In this document: piece after piece, positions 12,244 through 26,500 of the stretch
Layout: each line of letters begins with the position of its first letter
Numbering within the stretch: position 1 is the first letter of the stretch
Origin: Octopus vulgaris
Taxonomy: Eukaryota
Assembly (NCBI GenBank): GCA_951406725.2
Contig: OX597823.1
Coordinates: 32,426,001-32,490,000 of the forward strand
Direction of reading: 5' to 3'
DNA length: 64,000 bases
Made by a program: the position numbers and the translations under genes
Notes under the pieces: generated by a model
Databases searched by the model: none
What the model was told of the DNA's origin: nothing
What the model saw: the letters and a program-made list of their open reading frames with translations, nothing else

Positions 12244-13811
12244 GTTTAATTAGAAATCATTATTCGCCTGTTTCTCAATTTCTCTCCCTCTCATACTACA
12301 CACCATAGAAGCAACAAAAGCAAAGTGAGATTATTTGGGTTAAAGTCAAGATACAGGTATCTAATTGTTGTCAAATTTGGTACCTGTTGGACTATGTGAA
12401 CTGACATAAATACTTAAACACACACACACACACACTCACACACACACTCCTGCACACAGTGTGACAGCTTGATATACAAAGCATATGTGCACCTACACAC
12501 ATACACACACATATAATATACATTACATGGACAATTGCTCATTATTCTACAGTGTCCACTGAAAACAAGATCTGGTAGTTATTACCAGTTAACTGGGTGA
12601 ACTGTCACACACACACACACACACATGCATACACATTCACTTGCTGTCTCTTTCTCACACATACACAAATACGCACCATTCTCATCACCATTTCCAAAAC
12701 AGTCTATTGATGTCTCCTGAACAGAAAGTCTCCAGGCCAGCAATCTTCTGTTCAATTATCTCTGACGTGATGGCACTAGACATATGGAAATGTTAGGTCA
12801 TGCTGTCAACCAGAATATTTTTTTTTACAGTACAGTACACACACACACACACACATATGTATGTATGTGCATACATTTGTATGTGTTTGTGAATGCTTTT
12901 CTGTCCTAGATAAGCTGTCATAGCAATAAAATAGGGCAGAAGGGTAAAGTGCCAGAATATAGTATTCCATTACAACATTTGGTATTAGTTCTGTAAACCA
13001 GAAATCAAATTCTACCATTAATTCTCCCAACGTTGATGAAAGAAATAGTTGGAATTTACTGAAGTTGGTTTGCCCCCTCCCCCCCGTCAAGTACACCCCC
13101 ATCCTTTAGAGATTTATAGTCTTCAATGGACCAAAGTGTGAGGCCACCACTGCCATCACCACCACTACCATCAACATCACCATCATTACTATAAGGGCTG
13201 CTAGAATTAGCATGTTGGATGAAATGCTTAGTGGCATATCTTCTGACTCCTTACATTCTGAGTTCAAATGCCATTGAGGTCAGCTTTACCTTTCATCCTT
13301 TCGGAGTTAATAAAATAAAGTGCCAATCAAATCCTGGGGGTTGATGAAATCAAATACCCCTCCCCCCTGAAATTGCTGACCTTGAGCCATAATCTCAAAC
13401 AATTCTTACTATGAGGATGCAGAGTGGCAAAATCAAAGTATCAGACAAAATTCTTTGCAATTGATTATGTTCCAATATATTCTAAGTTAGTTTGCCCTCA
13501 GTGTCTGTTTTTCCATTTATTTTTCTGGGAGTATGTACCAGTAATGTATGAAGACAAACTGTCTTGCAGTGGTGAAATTGCAGAAACAGGAAAATACTAG
13601 ATAACTTATAGTGTGTTCTGATTCCACTCTAGATTGATTTTGACTTTCATTTTTTTGGGAGTTGATGAAATTGATAGCAATTATGCATGGCTGTGGAGTT
13701 AAGAAACTCACTTCCCAACCACATAGTTTCAGGTTCAGTCCCACTGGGCTTCTATTGTAGCTCCAAGCTAACCAAAGCCTTATTTGGTCGATGGAAACTG
13801 AAAGAAGCCTA

Positions 13812-14105
13812 TCTCATTTGCAACCCATAGAAAATGAACTTCCACCATCTATTCTGCCTATATGTCTGTGCACTCCTTTCAATGCCATGTATGTCATACA
13901 GTCTGCAAATCTAACGGAAGCCCCAAAAGATATTTTAAGATCCACAATGATCAGAACTTAATTGGTGGTCTAAATTGGATATGCAATCTATGTGGGTGTA
14001 TTTTCAAGACATTGTCCGGTTTAAAAAGTCACATCAGATGCCATGATGGTTCTAAGGTGTAGGTACAGGAGGTGGTCAAACTCTGCATAAAGAGTAGCCA
14101 ACCCC
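13812..14105 (+). mobile_element. 3' end of a LINE (RTE-like) ORF with two C2H2-type zinc fingers
   Basis: ORF 13862-14062 CHVC..KIH and CNLCGCIFKTLSGLKSHIRCH, then short 3' UTR and (TA)n; 5' end abuts a SINE; no TGEKP linker. Confidence 0.6.
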
Positions 14106-14154
14106 CATATATATATATATATGAAAACAGGAAGTTGGGAAATTTATTTATTTA

Positions 14155-14262
14155 CCATTACACATGTTTCATTTGCTAATAGGAATTACCAAATTGCCCT
14201 TGATAGATAAACATGTAAAAAATTTCCCATTAGAAATGTCTGATTAGAAATTCTTCAGACAG
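14155..14262 (-). ncRNA. Type I hammerhead-ribozyme-like motif with long stem II
   Basis: Minus strand: CUGU-CUGAAGA-AUUUCUAAU...AUUAGCAAAU-GAAA-C-AUGU-G-UA-AUGG; core intact, GUA site, 4-bp stem I with two G-U pairs. Confidence 0.6.
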
Positions 14263-14307
14263 AGAGTCAAATAATATCTGTCTGAGGAATTCCTAATAGG
14301 AAATTTC

Positions 14308-14470
14308 AGAGTGGCTGTGTGGTAAGTAGCTTGCTTACGAACCACATGGTTCTGTGTTCAGTTCCACTGCGTGGCACTTTGGGCAAGTGACTACTACTAT
14401 AGCCTTGGGCCAACCAAAGCCTTGTGAGTGGATTTTGTAGACGGAAACTGAAAGAGGCCCGTCGTATATA

Positions 14471-14510
<40 letters not shown>
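14308..14510 (+). mobile_element. SINE family A 5' half
   Basis: Head and core ending in internal (TA)n. Confidence 0.85.
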
Positions 14511-14511
<1 letters not shown>

Positions 14512-15623
14512 ATGAGAGCTTTTCTGATTTTGAGCTCACTAGTTAGTGACATGAGAGGATAGATCTCGAGGAGATTTGGTTTTTATTAAATCTGTTGTGG
14601 TGAAGAATATTGTTGCTAATGGATGTCTCTGTCATCTTTGAGATGTTTTAATTTTACTGCAATTGGTATGCTGTTGTTTTCTTAACACCTGTGCATTAAT
14701 ATATTCCTACATATTAACACACACACACACACACACACGTATGCATACTCATACATTTCACTCTTCTATCCTTTAAGATCACAAATGCATGTGAATGTTA
14801 AAGATAGAGAGATAGTAAGTGGTATGAGAGTGAAAGGTTGAGAGATTGATTGAAAGATAGATAAATGAATGTGAGAGAGTGAAAGATAGCATGTTAGACA
14901 GTGAGAGCAGGTGTTGAGAAATTAAGCAGATTTTAAAATAAACAATCCAACAGTTTAAATCTAAAAGAAAATACCATAAATATTTACTGTGTTGTTTTCT
15001 GATACCCATATTCCTGGAGGGCTATGTGTCACATAGTACATAGGGTCAATAGCTAAATGCTATTTAACAAAGCAGAGTAGCCTATAATTAAACTCTGGTT
15101 TCCTCCCTGTAAAACATAAACAAACAAAAAGGTTGATAATCTGCAGAAAATATTTTCTCTGATTTCATTGGTCATATTTTATACAATGGATTTTGTACAT
15201 GTTTTTTTTCTTAATATATAAAGATTTAGAAGAATATTAATTTCTTTTTTTTTTACCTAGGTACCAGAGTCCTTGGTTTTGTTTTTTTAATTTCAAAATG
15301 AAGGAGAAATGTAAAACTGAAAATCATGACTTTCCTATTGATATCAGTGAAATTCATTTATTTTGGTTCACTACTGATACCAGGGTGCTGTCTTAATTTT
15401 CCAGGAGGAACTTTCCACAATAATTCAATAACAGTGACCACCTTTCAAAAAGTGCCTCCACCATACACACAAATAAATGCCCTTCCAACACACACACGAA
15501 TACCTCACTATAGTGTGTCTGTGGTGAGACATTAGTTGCTGTTGTTGTTTATTTTGTCTTCTCTAGTGGAACATATCTATAATCAGAAGTGTTCCAACTT
15601 TGATAATAATTTTAACCCTTATA

Positions 15624-15856
15624 AGGTGGCGAGCTGACAGAAACATTAGCACACTGGGCGAAATGCTTAGCGGTATTTCGTCTGCTGTTACATTCTGAGT
15701 TCAAATTCCGCTGAGGTTAACTTTGCCTTTCATCCTTTCAGGGTCGATTAAATAAGTACCATCTAGGCACTGGGGTTGATGTAATTGACTTAATCCCTTT
15801 GTCTGTCCTTGTTTGTCCCCTCTATATTTAGCCCCTTGTGGACAAATGAAGAAGTA
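15624..15856 (+). mobile_element. SINE family B, full length
   Basis: Head to TTTAGCCCCTTGTGG tail. Confidence 0.85.
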
Positions 15857-18016
15857 AATGATTTTATCCCTTAGTATAGTGATCTTTATTAAAGAAGATA
15901 GCATGTTATTTCAGAGAATCTGGCTGCTCTTTCTAGTTGGTCAAGTGACTATATTAGTGTGACTGTGCAGTGAGGCATTAGTATATGTGTATGTGTGCAC
16001 CAAGGCATTAGTGTGTATGTGTGGTGAGTTAGTGTGTCTATGTAGTAAAGCATTAGTGTGTTATTTTATGTGTGTGTGTGGTGAGGCAATTAGTGTATGA
16101 AGAAGTAGATATGTTTGCTCAAGAGCCATGTAATGAGAGTTGATGAGGCATGGTAAGTGAAAGAATAATCAGTATAAAATAATGGAAGATAGCAAGTAAT
16201 CTGAGGGAAGACTTTGGTAAATGTAAGGAGACATGACATGAGTTACAATCTGTTCTGGGCATTTAACAATCCTGTACTATTATACTAACAATTACCAAAT
16301 GTTTGAAGATGGAGAGCTGGTAGAATCATTATCATTTCAGACAAAAAGCTCAGCAGCATTTCCTCCAGCTCTTTACATTTTCAATTCAAATACTGCTGAG
16401 GTCAACTTTGCCTTTCATCCTTTTGGAATCAATAAATTAAAAGTACCAATCAATGTAATGTTCATGAAATCAACTTTCCCCCGCCTGAAAATTGATGGCC
16501 TTATGCCAAAATTAAAAAAGAAATAATGTTTGAGATATGCTTGCAGAGACCTGTTGAGGCAAGTAAAATTGCTGTCGTGGCCAATGACAGTACTGCCTGT
16601 TTGGCACCCGTGCCAGTGACAACGTAAAAAAAGTACCATTCGAGTGTGGTCGTTGCCAGTGCCACTGGACTGGCTCCGTGCAGGTGGCATGTAAAAAACA
16701 CCATTTGAGTTTTTTTATTATTATTATTAAGGTCACTGCCTGGAATCTTGGGGTTAGTAGCCCATGCTCCTAACCACTACACCATATGCCCATAGACAAT
16801 TATGGAGTGAATTTTTAGGGCTTATAAATCTAATATTTTCCTATCCTTCCTTAATACTGGTTCCCATATGCTATTCATATCTGCACTTGGTCTGCTTAGG
16901 AGATTGTTGTGTCCTTGCATATGTGCTGCTTCTTGGTTTCAGGTTCAATTTCACTTGGTCATTTAGACTAATGTCTTCAATTATAGCTCCAGGCTACAAG
17001 TGCGGTGGTAGGCCTACCAATGTGAGTGGGTTTAGTTGATGGAAACTGAAAGAAGCCTGTCACGTGCACACATGTGTGTGTGTGTCCTTTTCTTGACACT
17101 CATGATAGTTGTAAACAAGAATCCTCTTCACACAAACAGTGTCCTTCATTTCCAATCTTCCATGAAATCATGTTGGGGCATGGGAAAAACATTACCTCGC
17201 TTGGAGACAGGTGATGGTTGATGACAGGAACAGCATCCATCTGCAAAAAAACTCTCAACAAATTCCATCTGTCCTATACAAGTATGGAAAAGTCCTATAC
17301 AAGTATGGAAAAAAGGACAATAAAAAGAATAGTCACAGTTTTATACATTGAATTTGTATTTGTGATATTTCACACTATATAGTATTCAAGTTTTATTTTT
17401 TCTGATAATTTAAACCAGCCCACAAAAAAAAAAAAGAAAAGAAAAAAAAACTGCTGCAAAAAATAAGTTTTAAAATCATATCCTGCAAACTTTGGGCAGA
17501 ATTTTTACATTGGCTCGTAATTAAACACTTCCTCTCAACTGAACATTATCTTTCGACAGCTTTTTCCTGTTGAGTTTAAGTGGTGGGTCTCACATTGGAC
17601 AATGTAAGACCAGTTCAAGTAATTTGGTATGTCTATGTGTCTTATAACACAATATACTGCTATTGAATGTTCTAATTTTTAAAACAGGATTTATATTTTT
17701 TTTTTATTAATCAATTTATTAATTAAAAAATGATAAACCCTTTTATTCTCTTAAAAAAATCAAACAAAAAAAATTAACGTTTAACCTTTTGCTTGTACCA
17801 CATGTGATACATGATATAAACACCCAGTTTTTGCCACTGGCTGAGTAACTTGGGACTTACGAACAGAATTGCTTATTACTCAGAACATCTGAAACAAGGG
17901 TCAGTTAGAAGTCTGAAAACATGAATAGATGTTTAGGGTGTACTTATGAAAATGCTTTGGACAGTCAAAGGATTAAAAAGAACCAAAGTGAATTACTTTT
18001 AACTATATAATTATAT

Positions 18017-18345
18017 ATTTCTTTACTACCCTCAAGGGGCTAAACACAGAGGGGACAAACAAGGACAGACAAACGGATTAAGTCGATTACATCGATCCCA
18101 GTGCGTAACTATAATTAACTATATAATTATATTCTTTTGTACTGTAGGCACAAGGCCAGAAATTTTGAGGCAAGGGCCAGTCGATTAGGTCAACCCCAGT
18201 ATGCAACTAGTACTTAATTCATCGACTCCGAAAGGATGAAAGGCAAGTCAACCTTGGCGAAATTTGAACTCAGAACGTAAAGACAGACGAAATACTGCTG
18301 ACCATTTTGTCCAGTATGCTAACATTTCTGCCAGCTCGCCTCCTT
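18017..18345 (-). mobile_element. Two adjacent family B SINE copies
   Basis: Two reverse copies separated and flanked by AACTATATAATTA-like duplications. Confidence 0.8.
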
Positions 18346-18696
18346 AAATATATAATTAAGCATGGAAGACACATAGCCTTTTAAAAATTGCTGATACTGT
18401 TGACTTCACTTAAATATTTATTATTTGACGAAGTTAAGAGTCTTTGTGTGTTTTCGAATGGCTGGTATGTAGCTTCTTCCACACTGTAGTTTTTCAGTTT
18501 TAAAGATAATTTATTTCAGTGGAAGTTTAGGCTGAAATCAATATCATTGTGTTCATGTTGTTGTTACTTAACCCTTAGGTGACCTCTGGCCTTTGGTTGA
18601 AGGGCATTCTAGTTGTGACCATCCTGTCTTATTTTTCAGACCCTGCATCTAGAATTACTTTATCTGTCCTTCCCATTACTTTTTAAAACTCTAAAG

Positions 18697-18848
18697 CAGC
18701 GGTTCGCAACCTTTTCACTACCAAGGACCCCTTTTATCTAAATGAGTTTTCCCATGGACCCCAGGATATTGAAAAGTCTGTCAGCTTAACATGTTCATGG
18801 ACCCCCACCCCAGTACTACCTTTGCAGATCACAGGTTGGGAACCACTG
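18697..18848. mobile_element. hAT (Charlie-type) MITE
   Basis: TIRs CAGCGGTTCGCAACC / GGTTGGGAACCACTG with internal GGACCCC motifs. Confidence 0.7.
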
Positions 18849-19036
18849 CCCTTTAGTGTGATTTGAAGGGAATTTGGCTGCTATTTCTAGTACTTCTTGG
18901 GGTGAACCAAAAATGAGATGCTTGGATAATATCATATTCATAGTTTCAGTTGATCTCTCTTGGGAATCCAGCCAAAGTCTAATGATGGTTGCTTCTAATA
19001 GGACCCTGTAAAGGTGCCTAAGGACTTTACCTCCAC

Positions 19037-19067
<31 letters not shown>

Positions 19068-19119
19068 TATACATTTAAATATTTGTTGTGCAAGATTTTT
19101 TATGACCATTCCAAAATAT

Positions 19120-19164
<45 letters not shown>

Positions 19165-19169
<5 letters not shown>

Positions 19170-19532
19170 AATGGTAACTCAGGTTCATATCCTGCTGATG
19201 GCAGTGTAGGATATCTATCTGTCTGTCTGTCTCATGGACTCTCATGTTGTTAAACGATGTATGAGGGTTTGGCAATTTCTTGCCGAACAACCACACAGAT
19301 GATTCGTTTATAGTGATCAAATGTTTGTGTACACATAAGCTCACTCCCTCCATCAAATCAACATTACCTGTGCAGGTGTGACAGATGCCACATGTCAGAT
19401 GTCAAAATGACCACAGAGCAACATGAAATGAAGTGTTTGCTCAAGAACACAACACAATACCTGGTCTGGGAATCAAACCCACGGTCTTGCAATTGTGAGT
19501 GCAACACCCTAACCACTTAGCCATGCACCTTC
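19165..19532 (-). mobile_element. tRNA-derived SINE family D
   Basis: GAGCAACATGAAATGAAGTG..TGCTCAAGAACACAAC..CCCTAACCAC; relatives at ~1420-1640, 23845-23960, 34625-34820, 37388-37610, 59250-59500. Confidence 0.7.
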
Positions 19533-19565
19533 ATATTATCTATATATATATATAAAATATTATAT

Positions 19566-19724
19566 AAGTGCAGGAGTGTGTGATAAGTAGCTTGCTGATC
19601 AACCATATGGTTCTTGTTTCAGTCCCACTGCATGGCACCTTGGGCAAGTATCATCTACTATAGCCTCAGGCCGACCTAAGCTTTGTGAGTGGATTTGATA
19701 GATGGAAACTGAAAGAAGCCCGTT

Positions 19725-19762
<38 letters not shown>

Positions 19763-20200
19763 ATATATATATATATATATGTTTGTGTGTCTGTGTTTGT
19801 GCCCCCACCATTGCTTGACAACTGATGATGGTGTGTTTACATCCCTGTAAGTTACTGGTTTGGCAAATGAGACCGATAGAATAATTACTAGGCTTACAAA
19901 CAATAAGTCCTGGGGTCGATTTGTTCGACAAAACGTGGTGCTCCAGCATAGCCACAGTCAAATGACTGAAACAAATAAAAGAATCGCCTGACTAGCTCTC
20001 ATGCCGGTGGCATGTAAAAAGCACCCACTACACTCACAGAGTGGTTGGTGTTAGGAAGGGCATCCAGCTGTAGAAACATTGCCAGATCAGATTGGAGCCT
20101 GGTGCAGCCTTCTGGCTCACCAGTCTTCAGTCAAAGCATCCAACCCATGCCAGCATGGAAAGCGGATGTTAAATGGTGATGATGATGCTGATGCTGATGA
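19566..20200 (+). mobile_element. SINE family A fused directly to an RTE tail (family C)
   Basis: Full A copy to AAATAAAAGA (~19983) followed at once by family C ending in (GAT)n. Confidence 0.8.
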
Positions 20201-20373
20201 TTACTGATTATGGTATATAACTGGTCAGAATGTTACTAACTCTTCAGACATGCTGATGAGTTGTCAATTCCTTCTAGCAGTAATATTTATTATGAAAGCA
20301 ATTTTAGATATATAGGGAGTAACACTTAGATGATTGTTGAAAACTCCATAAATTCCCCAAATGGACTATATAT

Positions 20374-20543
20374 AGGCGTGGCTGTGTGGTAAGAAGCTTG
20401 CTTCCTGACAAAATGGTTCTGGGTTCAGTCCTGCTCTGTGGCACATTGGGCAGATCTCTTCCACTATAAACTTGGACTGACCAAAGACTTGTGAGTGAAT
20501 TTGGTAGACGGAAACTGAAAGAAGCCCTTCATATATATATATT

Positions 20544-20578
<35 letters not shown>

Positions 20579-20990
20579 GGTGCTTTTTACATGCCACCGG
20601 CATTTGATTTTTAATTTGAGTCAAGTACATCAACATCAAAATAAAAATCAAATGGAGGTTGTGGTTGTGATAACCGTGTCGGTGGCACATAAAAAGCACC
20701 ATCCAAATGGGGCCGATGCCAGCGCCACCTTGGCAGGCATCTGTGCTGGCAGCACGTAAAAAGCACCAACCTATTGTGGCCATTGCCAACCTCCTGTGGC
20801 ACGTAAAAAGCACCAACCTATCGTGGCCATTGCCATCCTCCTGTGGCACGTAAAAAGCACCCACTACACTCATGGAGTAGTTGGCGTAAGGAAGAGCATC
20901 CAGCTGTAGAAACACTGCCAGACCCCAGTCGAACCGTCCAACCCATGCTAGCATGGAAAACGGATGTTAAACAATGATGATGATGATAGT
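20374..20990 (+). mobile_element. Family A 5' half plus family C tail with internal tandem units
   Basis: Repeated GGCACGTAAAAAGCACC units at 20580-20870. Confidence 0.8.
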
Positions 20991-21225
20991 ACTCTCTTAT
21001 TATCAATTGCCAGTTTCCTTTTTTACTGGAAGATAAGTAAATAAGCTTTTAAGCAAACGCCCACTTCCTCGTCCTTTTTCATGTCCATGAAGTAATTGTA
21101 GCTATTTGGAAAGTCTGCTGAGCAACAATTACACCCATCACATGAGTGTAGTAATTTATTTACTAATCCTTTTGTAAATGAACAAGTTCACTGTTGATAA
21201 CTGGGAAGTATTTAGATAAAAATAG

Positions 21226-21620
21226 GCGCAGGAGTGGCTGTGGTAAGAAGCTTGCTTCCCAATCATATGGTTCCGGGTTCAGTCCCACTGCATGGCACCT
21301 TGGGCAAGTGTCTTCTACTATAGTCTCAGGCCGACCAAAGCCTTGTGAGTGGATTTGGTAGATGGAGACTGAAAGAAGCCCATCATATATATATATGTAT
21401 ATATATTTTTTTTGTGTTTGTTATTTGTGTCCTGTGTTTGTCCCCACCACCATCGCTTGGTTTGTTTACATCCCCGTCACTTAGTGTTTCAGCAAAAGAC
21501 CAATAGAATAAGTACTAGGCTTACAGAGAATAAGTGCTGGGGTTGATTTGTTCGATTAAAAGGTGGTGCTCCAGCATGGCCACAGTCAAATGACTGAAGC
21601 AACAAAAAGAAAAGAAAAAA
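21226..21620 (+). mobile_element. SINE family A, full length
   Basis: GGCGCAGGAGTGGCTG head to AATGACTGAA tail. Confidence 0.85.
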
Positions 21621-23059
21621 TATTCACATACACACACACACACACGCACACAATGCCGAAGAACAAAAAAGAAGAAAAGAAAAAAAAGAATAAGCCCTCA
21701 ATCAAATTTTTTTGTTTGACACTCAGAGAAATGGAGGGAGTTAATTATTTTGGCGTTTTGGATTTTGTCCTTCTTTGGAATTGGTTGCAGAGTGGCAAGA
21801 GCAGAGGAAGGACAAAAAAGAAGAAAGTAAAATGAGTAATCCAGATGAGAATGTCCACATCTATATATATGTACAGAAACGTGCTCACATGATGGAAGGC
21901 AGTTAAGTAGTTATTATCTACTGGGATGCATAAAATCATGACCATTTTTCGAGTGCTACTTCAGTTAATGTATAGAGACATTGTATAATAAGGTTAAATA
22001 TAATTGGAAGTATTTTTGACATTGCTGCAGAGGAAATGACAATCTAGAAAACCAATCAGAAAGTTGTTTTAAATATCTTTATTTATGTATCATATACACA
22101 CACACACACATGCATAGTGACATACACATACAAAATATACAGGCTCTTATTAATATGTAAACACACACCATGTATGTAACCTTGTACTACACGTTATACA
22201 TGACAAGTGGGTGAAATGTATGTATATCAGTTAAAGAGTGAAGTTCAGTGTTGTGGGTTCACTATACTTTTGTCTTGTGTTCCTATCTCCTTACAAATGT
22301 TATTTGTCTTACTGCTGTCAAAAAAATCATTATGTACTGACCTAAATAATTAATGAATAATTTTGTAACTAAATAATTTATTTAAATGAATTTTCTGCAG
22401 AAGGCAAATTAAATATTTCTTGGATACAAAAAAATGCTTTTAAAAAAATGTACAAAACTGAGCAGTAACATAAACATAGAAATGAAAAAATATGAATTCT
22501 TTATTTGAATTATTTTGAAAATTATAGGTCAGCCATTTTAAATTTAGTCTTTTTGCTTCATTTAGAATAATACAAGGAATTTTGTTAGCTTCAGTCCAAC
22601 AATGGATGAAGTAAATTAGAAAACCCTTGGTAAGCCTTAAGCTTTAGCAACAAGGAAAGGTTTCTGTTTTCTTTTTCTTTGAAATGTAATAGTTTAGGTT
22701 TAGCTCCTGTCAAGCCTTCCCTCACAACTTCTCTTCTAACATCCATCCCTCCATTATGCTTCTAACTGAAGCACGATTTCTTAGGTGCTGTAAATGATAC
22801 CATTTACCTTGCTACACTTCACATTGTTTCCCTATTATTGTCTCTTATCATCCCCTATTCCTCTCTGACCCTTTTCCTATTTCCTTCACTTCCCCAATAC
22901 TGATATTCACATTGACTATAATCTTGCTCTGTACCCATTCACTGCATTCACTGGGGTGCTAAACAACAGCAAGATATGTTCAGAGAGACATTTGGATACT
23001 TCAGAAAGGGGTAACACAAATGAGTTGGGATTAACCAAGCTTTAACACTTTTATTACCA

Positions 23060-23520
23060 TACTCGTGCCAGTGGAATGTTAAAAGCACATCCGAGTGTGA
23101 GCGTTGCCAGGGCCACAGACAGGCTCCCATGCTGGTGATGATAACATGACACACTTCAGCGTGATCGTTGCCAGCGTCGCCTTCCCAGCACATGTGCCGG
23201 TGGCATGTGAAAAACAACATTCCAGCGTTGTCATTGCAAGTTTTGCCGGACTGGCTCCCATGCAGGTAGCACGTAAAAAGCACCTTTTGAGCATGGTTGT
23301 TGCCAGAACCGCCTGACTGGCCCTCGTGCCAGTGGCACGTAAAACCACCCACTACACTCTCAGAGTGGTTGGCATTAGGAAGGGCATCCAGCTGTAGAAA
23401 CTTTGCCAGATCAGAATGAACCTAGTGCAGCTGCTGACTCTCCAGACCTCAGTCAAACCGTCCAACCGTCCAACCCATGCCAGCAAAGAAAGCAGGCGTT
23501 AAATGATGAGGATGATGATT
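23060..23520 (+). mobile_element. RTE 3' tail (family C)
   Basis: Multiple internal units and (GAT)n end. Confidence 0.8.
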
Positions 23521-26500
23521 TCTGTTAAAATGCACCGTCTTTGTTTCAGTTAATTTTCTAAACAATAAAGTTTGGTAAATTAATTTCGCCATTAAGCTGG
23601 TGTTTGGAACATTATTTTGATAAAAGGTTTGAATTTTGATCACTTTAAAACAAAATATTTGCATCAGGACCAAGGACAGTCTCAGTTGGATTGGTATCAA
23701 AAGAGTTAAATATATCAGCAATATAAAGGGGAGATGAGGTTTGGGTAGATTTGCTGCTGTGATGTTGAGTGGCATGGAAAAAATTTGTCTAGCATCGCTG
23801 TAGTGAAATATCATAAACTAGTGAAAGGAGGAGGAGAGGCAAGACCTATGAATATTGTAGTGTTTTGCTCAAGAATATAATGCATAGCCTGGTCCAGGAA
23901 TTGAAACCACAATCATGCCATCATGAATACAACACCTTAACCACTAAGCCATGTGCTTAGACACACACACACTTACATATACTCACACACACATAAGGCT
24001 GTGTGGTTCAGAACTTTGCTTCACAGTTTTGTGGTTTCAGGTTCAGTCCCATACAGTAGCACCTTGGACTAAGGCCAACCAAACTCTTGTAAGTGGATTT
24101 GAAAATGGATACTGAAGTGTGTCATGTTATCATCATCCTTTAATATTCCATTGTGTGTGTGTGTGTGAGTGTATATGTGTATATATATGCATGTATATGT
24201 ATACACATACTTATATGTATATGTCTACATATACATATATGTGTGTGCGTGTACGTATGTTTTTCTCCTTGGATTAACATATAGCTGTCAGTGAATGGAC
24301 AACAGTAAAGTAAAAGTAGATGATGATGACCACACACACACACACGCGCGTGCATGCGAGTTCATTTTTAAGTGAGAGGAGGCAGTTACCTCAAACTAGA
24401 GACCTGTCTTATTCACTTGCAACAAAGTGAACCCTGCTAAAAGTTCCCAAGGATTAAGTCCATCATCAAATTTCCCTTTCAAGCTATAACTGTGGTAGGC
24501 AATGCTTTCTCTAGGTGTTGTGAAGCAGCATTTACCAATTTAAAAAGTTAATCAGGCAGCCTTAAGTTTTATTGGCAAAATTTTAAGGTAACTTAAACAT
24601 TGCTTCATTGTAGAAGATTCTTGTAGTTTTATCTTAAGCTGTCCTAAACTTCTTTAATGTTGTACATTGTCACAGTCTCTTGATTGTTTCATGAGAGAGT
24701 GCTGCACCTGAAGGAAAACAATGTTTTGAAGAAATAGTGACAAGTTAAGTAATGAATGTTGTATGAATATATAAACAATGAGGATATTCTTTTCTAAGTT
24801 TTATCTTTGTCAGTTTGTAAATTGCTTCCAGGATCTATTAAACAATTAAGGTTTGGCTAAAATTTTCACAAAAAATTGAGCCACTTTGTCAACTCTTTTC
24901 TATGTGTCTCTGGAGAAGATTGTAAATCATTTATGATAACTCTTTATATCCTATGGGAGACCTGTGTGTCTTTCTAAACAACCTTAATTTTCATGCCAAG
25001 ATCTGCCATGTTGTCAGTGTTTTCACTCTCTTGTGTGACCTGATACACATATCGCCGACACATTAAGACCCTAGTGTTTTCAGAAGATATACAGAAGTTT
25101 ACCATTAGACCATCACCTGAAGTATTAAGTCCTCAGTGAAATGGCTCAGGCTTGTGGTAAACATGTCTAACTCAGATTTGCCTTTATGGAATTCTTTACA
25201 ACCAGCTACACTGTGATGAACACCTGCTTGGAAAATGTAGAAGCAATTCGAAAAGCAACTGATAAGCAATTTGAAGTGAAGCAACATCAACCCTTCACGA
25301 GTGGTAGATACTGGCTGCTCATTTTTGTAAGAGAGGGATTGAAAACATGGGCAACTATAAGACATGCTAAGAGGATGTCCCAATACTAACAAGAGAAACA
25401 GGAAGAGAGGAATGTTTTTAGAGCACTTACGTGTCCTATCTACGAACAAAGTTACAGATCATAGATTAGAATGTACTATTAACAAAGGATCTTTGACTGA
25501 AAGAGAAGTTTGTCAACTTAGGATTTGTTAAACAACCATAAGCAAGTAAGTATGGATATACATATGTGTCTGTGTGTGTATACGCCTGCTTGTTTGTTGA
25601 TATGGGTCTTCATGTCTGTGTGTGTATGTGAGCCTGCATGTTTGTGTGTGTGTGTGTAAATGTGTGATAAAATAGTGAATCTTCAAAGATGTGTGAAATA
25701 AGAGATCCCTTACATGAAAAATGGGCAAGTGTTGGTAAGAGGAAGGGCATCTGGATGTAAAACAATGCTTTGATAATGTATTCATCTGATTCATGCTACC
25801 TTGGAAAATGGATGTTAAACAAAGAAACTTAGGTGTAACTAAGTTTAAAAATGTTTTCAGTTTCAGTTTTTTTTTTTTTTTTTCTGGAATTTTGATTTGA
25901 ATTTAAATTTCAAATTTTTTTGTCTTGGATTTTCAACTCCCAAACCATCAACATATTATATTTCAGAAATGTAATTGAAGTAAAGATAACGAAAAATTGT
26001 TAATTAAATAGCATGTATAAAATAATGAGAATAAGATAATTAGATGAGAGTTCTTCAGGGAGTGTGTGTGAGAATACTTCAAAACTTCAAACCAATATTC
26101 TCTCTCTCCTCCATCTCTCCTCCTTCCTTCTGTGTAGTCAACAGCAGACATATTTGGTCACTTAAGTAATTTGAACTCAGATGGCTAGATTCATGAACAA
26201 TTCTCATTTAGCTCCAATTCTATTTAAATTCAGCTGACTTGCAGTCAAAGACACTCCAGTTGTGACTATCTTGTCTTTTATTCAGACACAGTGTATCTAG
26301 GACTACTTTTATTAATGTATCTTTTCTCCTTCATTTTGAAATCATCATCATTATCATCATCATAATCATGATTATTATTAAGAAAGTTGTGATTTGAGTT
26401 AGGTTTGATTGCTATTTCTATCAGGTTGAATGACCACATTAAGAAGCACTGTCCTTAACCTATTTTAGTAAAAATATTAGTCTTGCCCACTTCCTCTTGA

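Noticed and set aside
20580-20870. CRISPR-like repeat-spacer pattern (GGCACGTAAAAAGCACC)
   Set aside because: Spacers are related to one another; it is part of the RTE 3' UTR in eukaryotic DNA with no cas genes
25105-25449. 114-aa and 67-aa overlapping ORFs
   Set aside because: No domain or consistent splice sites recognised
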